DNA from: Ruditapes philippinarum
Taxonomy: Eukaryota
Assembly (NCBI RefSeq): GCF_026571515.1
Contig: NW_026862168.1
Span: 62,001 to 126,000, forward strand
Reading direction: 5' to 3'
DNA length: 64,000 bases
The position numbers were made by a program, and so were the translations under genes. Of this stretch, positions 62,900 through 64,000 are shown in pieces. Position 1 is the stretch's first letter. Every line of letters begins with the position of its first letter. The notes below the pieces were generated by a model. The model saw only the letters and a program-made list of their open reading frames with translations. It searched no databases and was not told the origin of the DNA.

Positions 62900-63700
62900 T
62901 GGGCTCAAGACAAAAGAATGGTAAAGGTCAATTAAAGGTCAAAGTCACATCTAAATTAATAAATATGTTTGTTTGGTAGCAAGTCTTCGTTTTGACAAAT
63001 CCGTTCATAAATAACATAATTATGACAATTTAACCAAATTTCAATAATTTGCCCTTAACTGTCAAGGTCATATAAAGCTCAAAGTCAATGTCAGTTAAAC
63101 CTTTTAGAAGGTTTCAAAGAATTGTTTGTCCAAGTATGAAAATAATCCAATTATAAATTACAAGCTACAGTCAATTATAGCAAAAATCAGTGAACATTGA
63201 TTAATTCAACCTTCAAGGTCAAGGTCACAAATGAACCAAGATCAATTTAAGATTCATGTACACGAAACTTCTAACCTAAATAATATTGTGCCTTAATATG
63301 AAGTCAATCCATGCATTAATTACAAAGTTATTGCCAATTAAATTAACAATAAGGAGAAAATTAAAATAATTTGACCTTTGAGGTCAAGGTCATTATCTGT
63401 CTGGTTCACCTGAAGGTCTATCCTAAGAGATTGTTGTCTTCAAGTTTTAAGACAATCTATTTAAAAGTAACAAAGTTATAGCTGCTAATAGCAAAAATCA
63501 AGCAAAATTTAGACATTTGACCTTAAAGGTCAAGGTCATTTATAAATGAAGGTCAACTTTTGTTTGGTCTACTTGAAGATCTTGTGAAGTTGTCCCAAGG
63601 GTTGTTGTGGCCAAGTGTGAAGACAGTACACTAAGAACTAAACGTTAGGATCGACATTAAAGATTGGGGGACGGCAAGGGCAACACTGACAGGACTGTAA
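62900..63700. repeat. Diverged tandem repeats with AAGGTCAAGGTCA motif (HINE-type internal array)
   Basis: Motif at about 62925, 63062, 63215, 63380 and 63527. Confidence 0.6.
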
Positions 63701-63708
63701 TAAAAGAA

Positions 63709-64000
63709 AACAAGAGGGCCATGATGGCCCTGAGTCGCTCACCAGAAACAACTGCTTTTTCAATTAAAAATAAAAGACTACCTAAGAATGCTACAGACAA
63801 AGTTTGGTGATCATCCATCCATTAGTTCTGAAGAAGCAGACGTTTAAAGGTATTTCTATTTTTAGCTTTAGCTGCCCCTAAAAGGGGGCAACCAAAGTAA
63901 TATGACGAACTTGATAGAACTCTACCTTAGAATGCTACAGACAAAGTTCAAAGGTTTTTCTACTTTAAGCTTAAGCGGCCCCTAAAAGGCGCCAATCAAA
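63709..64000 (-). mobile_element. HINE-type element 3' end (same end structure as 4459-8881), runs off the window
   Basis: AACAAGAGGGCCATGATGGCCCTGAGTCGCTCACC is the near reverse complement of 8846-8881. Confidence 0.8.

Overview
AT-rich, intron-rich animal genomic DNA, not prokaryotic. The repeat families (Helentron-associated satellite-bearing elements, tRNA-derived SINEs with AAAC tails, a long foldback MITE) suggest a bivalve mollusc, which is an inference. Most short ORFs in the supplied track are spurious. By hand-splicing on GT-AG sites with phase checks I reconstruct six genes: an RNF180-like RING E3 ligase (+, last exon garbled by a low-quality stretch at about 13.3-14.7 kb); two minus-strand paralogous type-I membrane proteins (signal peptide-CUB-LDLa-TM) with unrelated cytoplasmic tails; a 2-exon uncharacterised gene (+) between them; and two convergent hydroxylysine-kinase/APH-family paralogs, one with His-to-Cys in the catalytic loop. 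Non-coding DNA is dense with transposons. These include a four-tier nested insertion, piggyBac MITEs, SINEs and MITEs with 5-, 8- and 9-bp TSDs. The most notable is a 2.6-kb CAC...GTG element with a 5-bp TSD (Transib/RAG-like signature) that may carry a decayed RAG1-N-terminal-like coding remnant. No database searches were run, so family names rest on recognised motifs.
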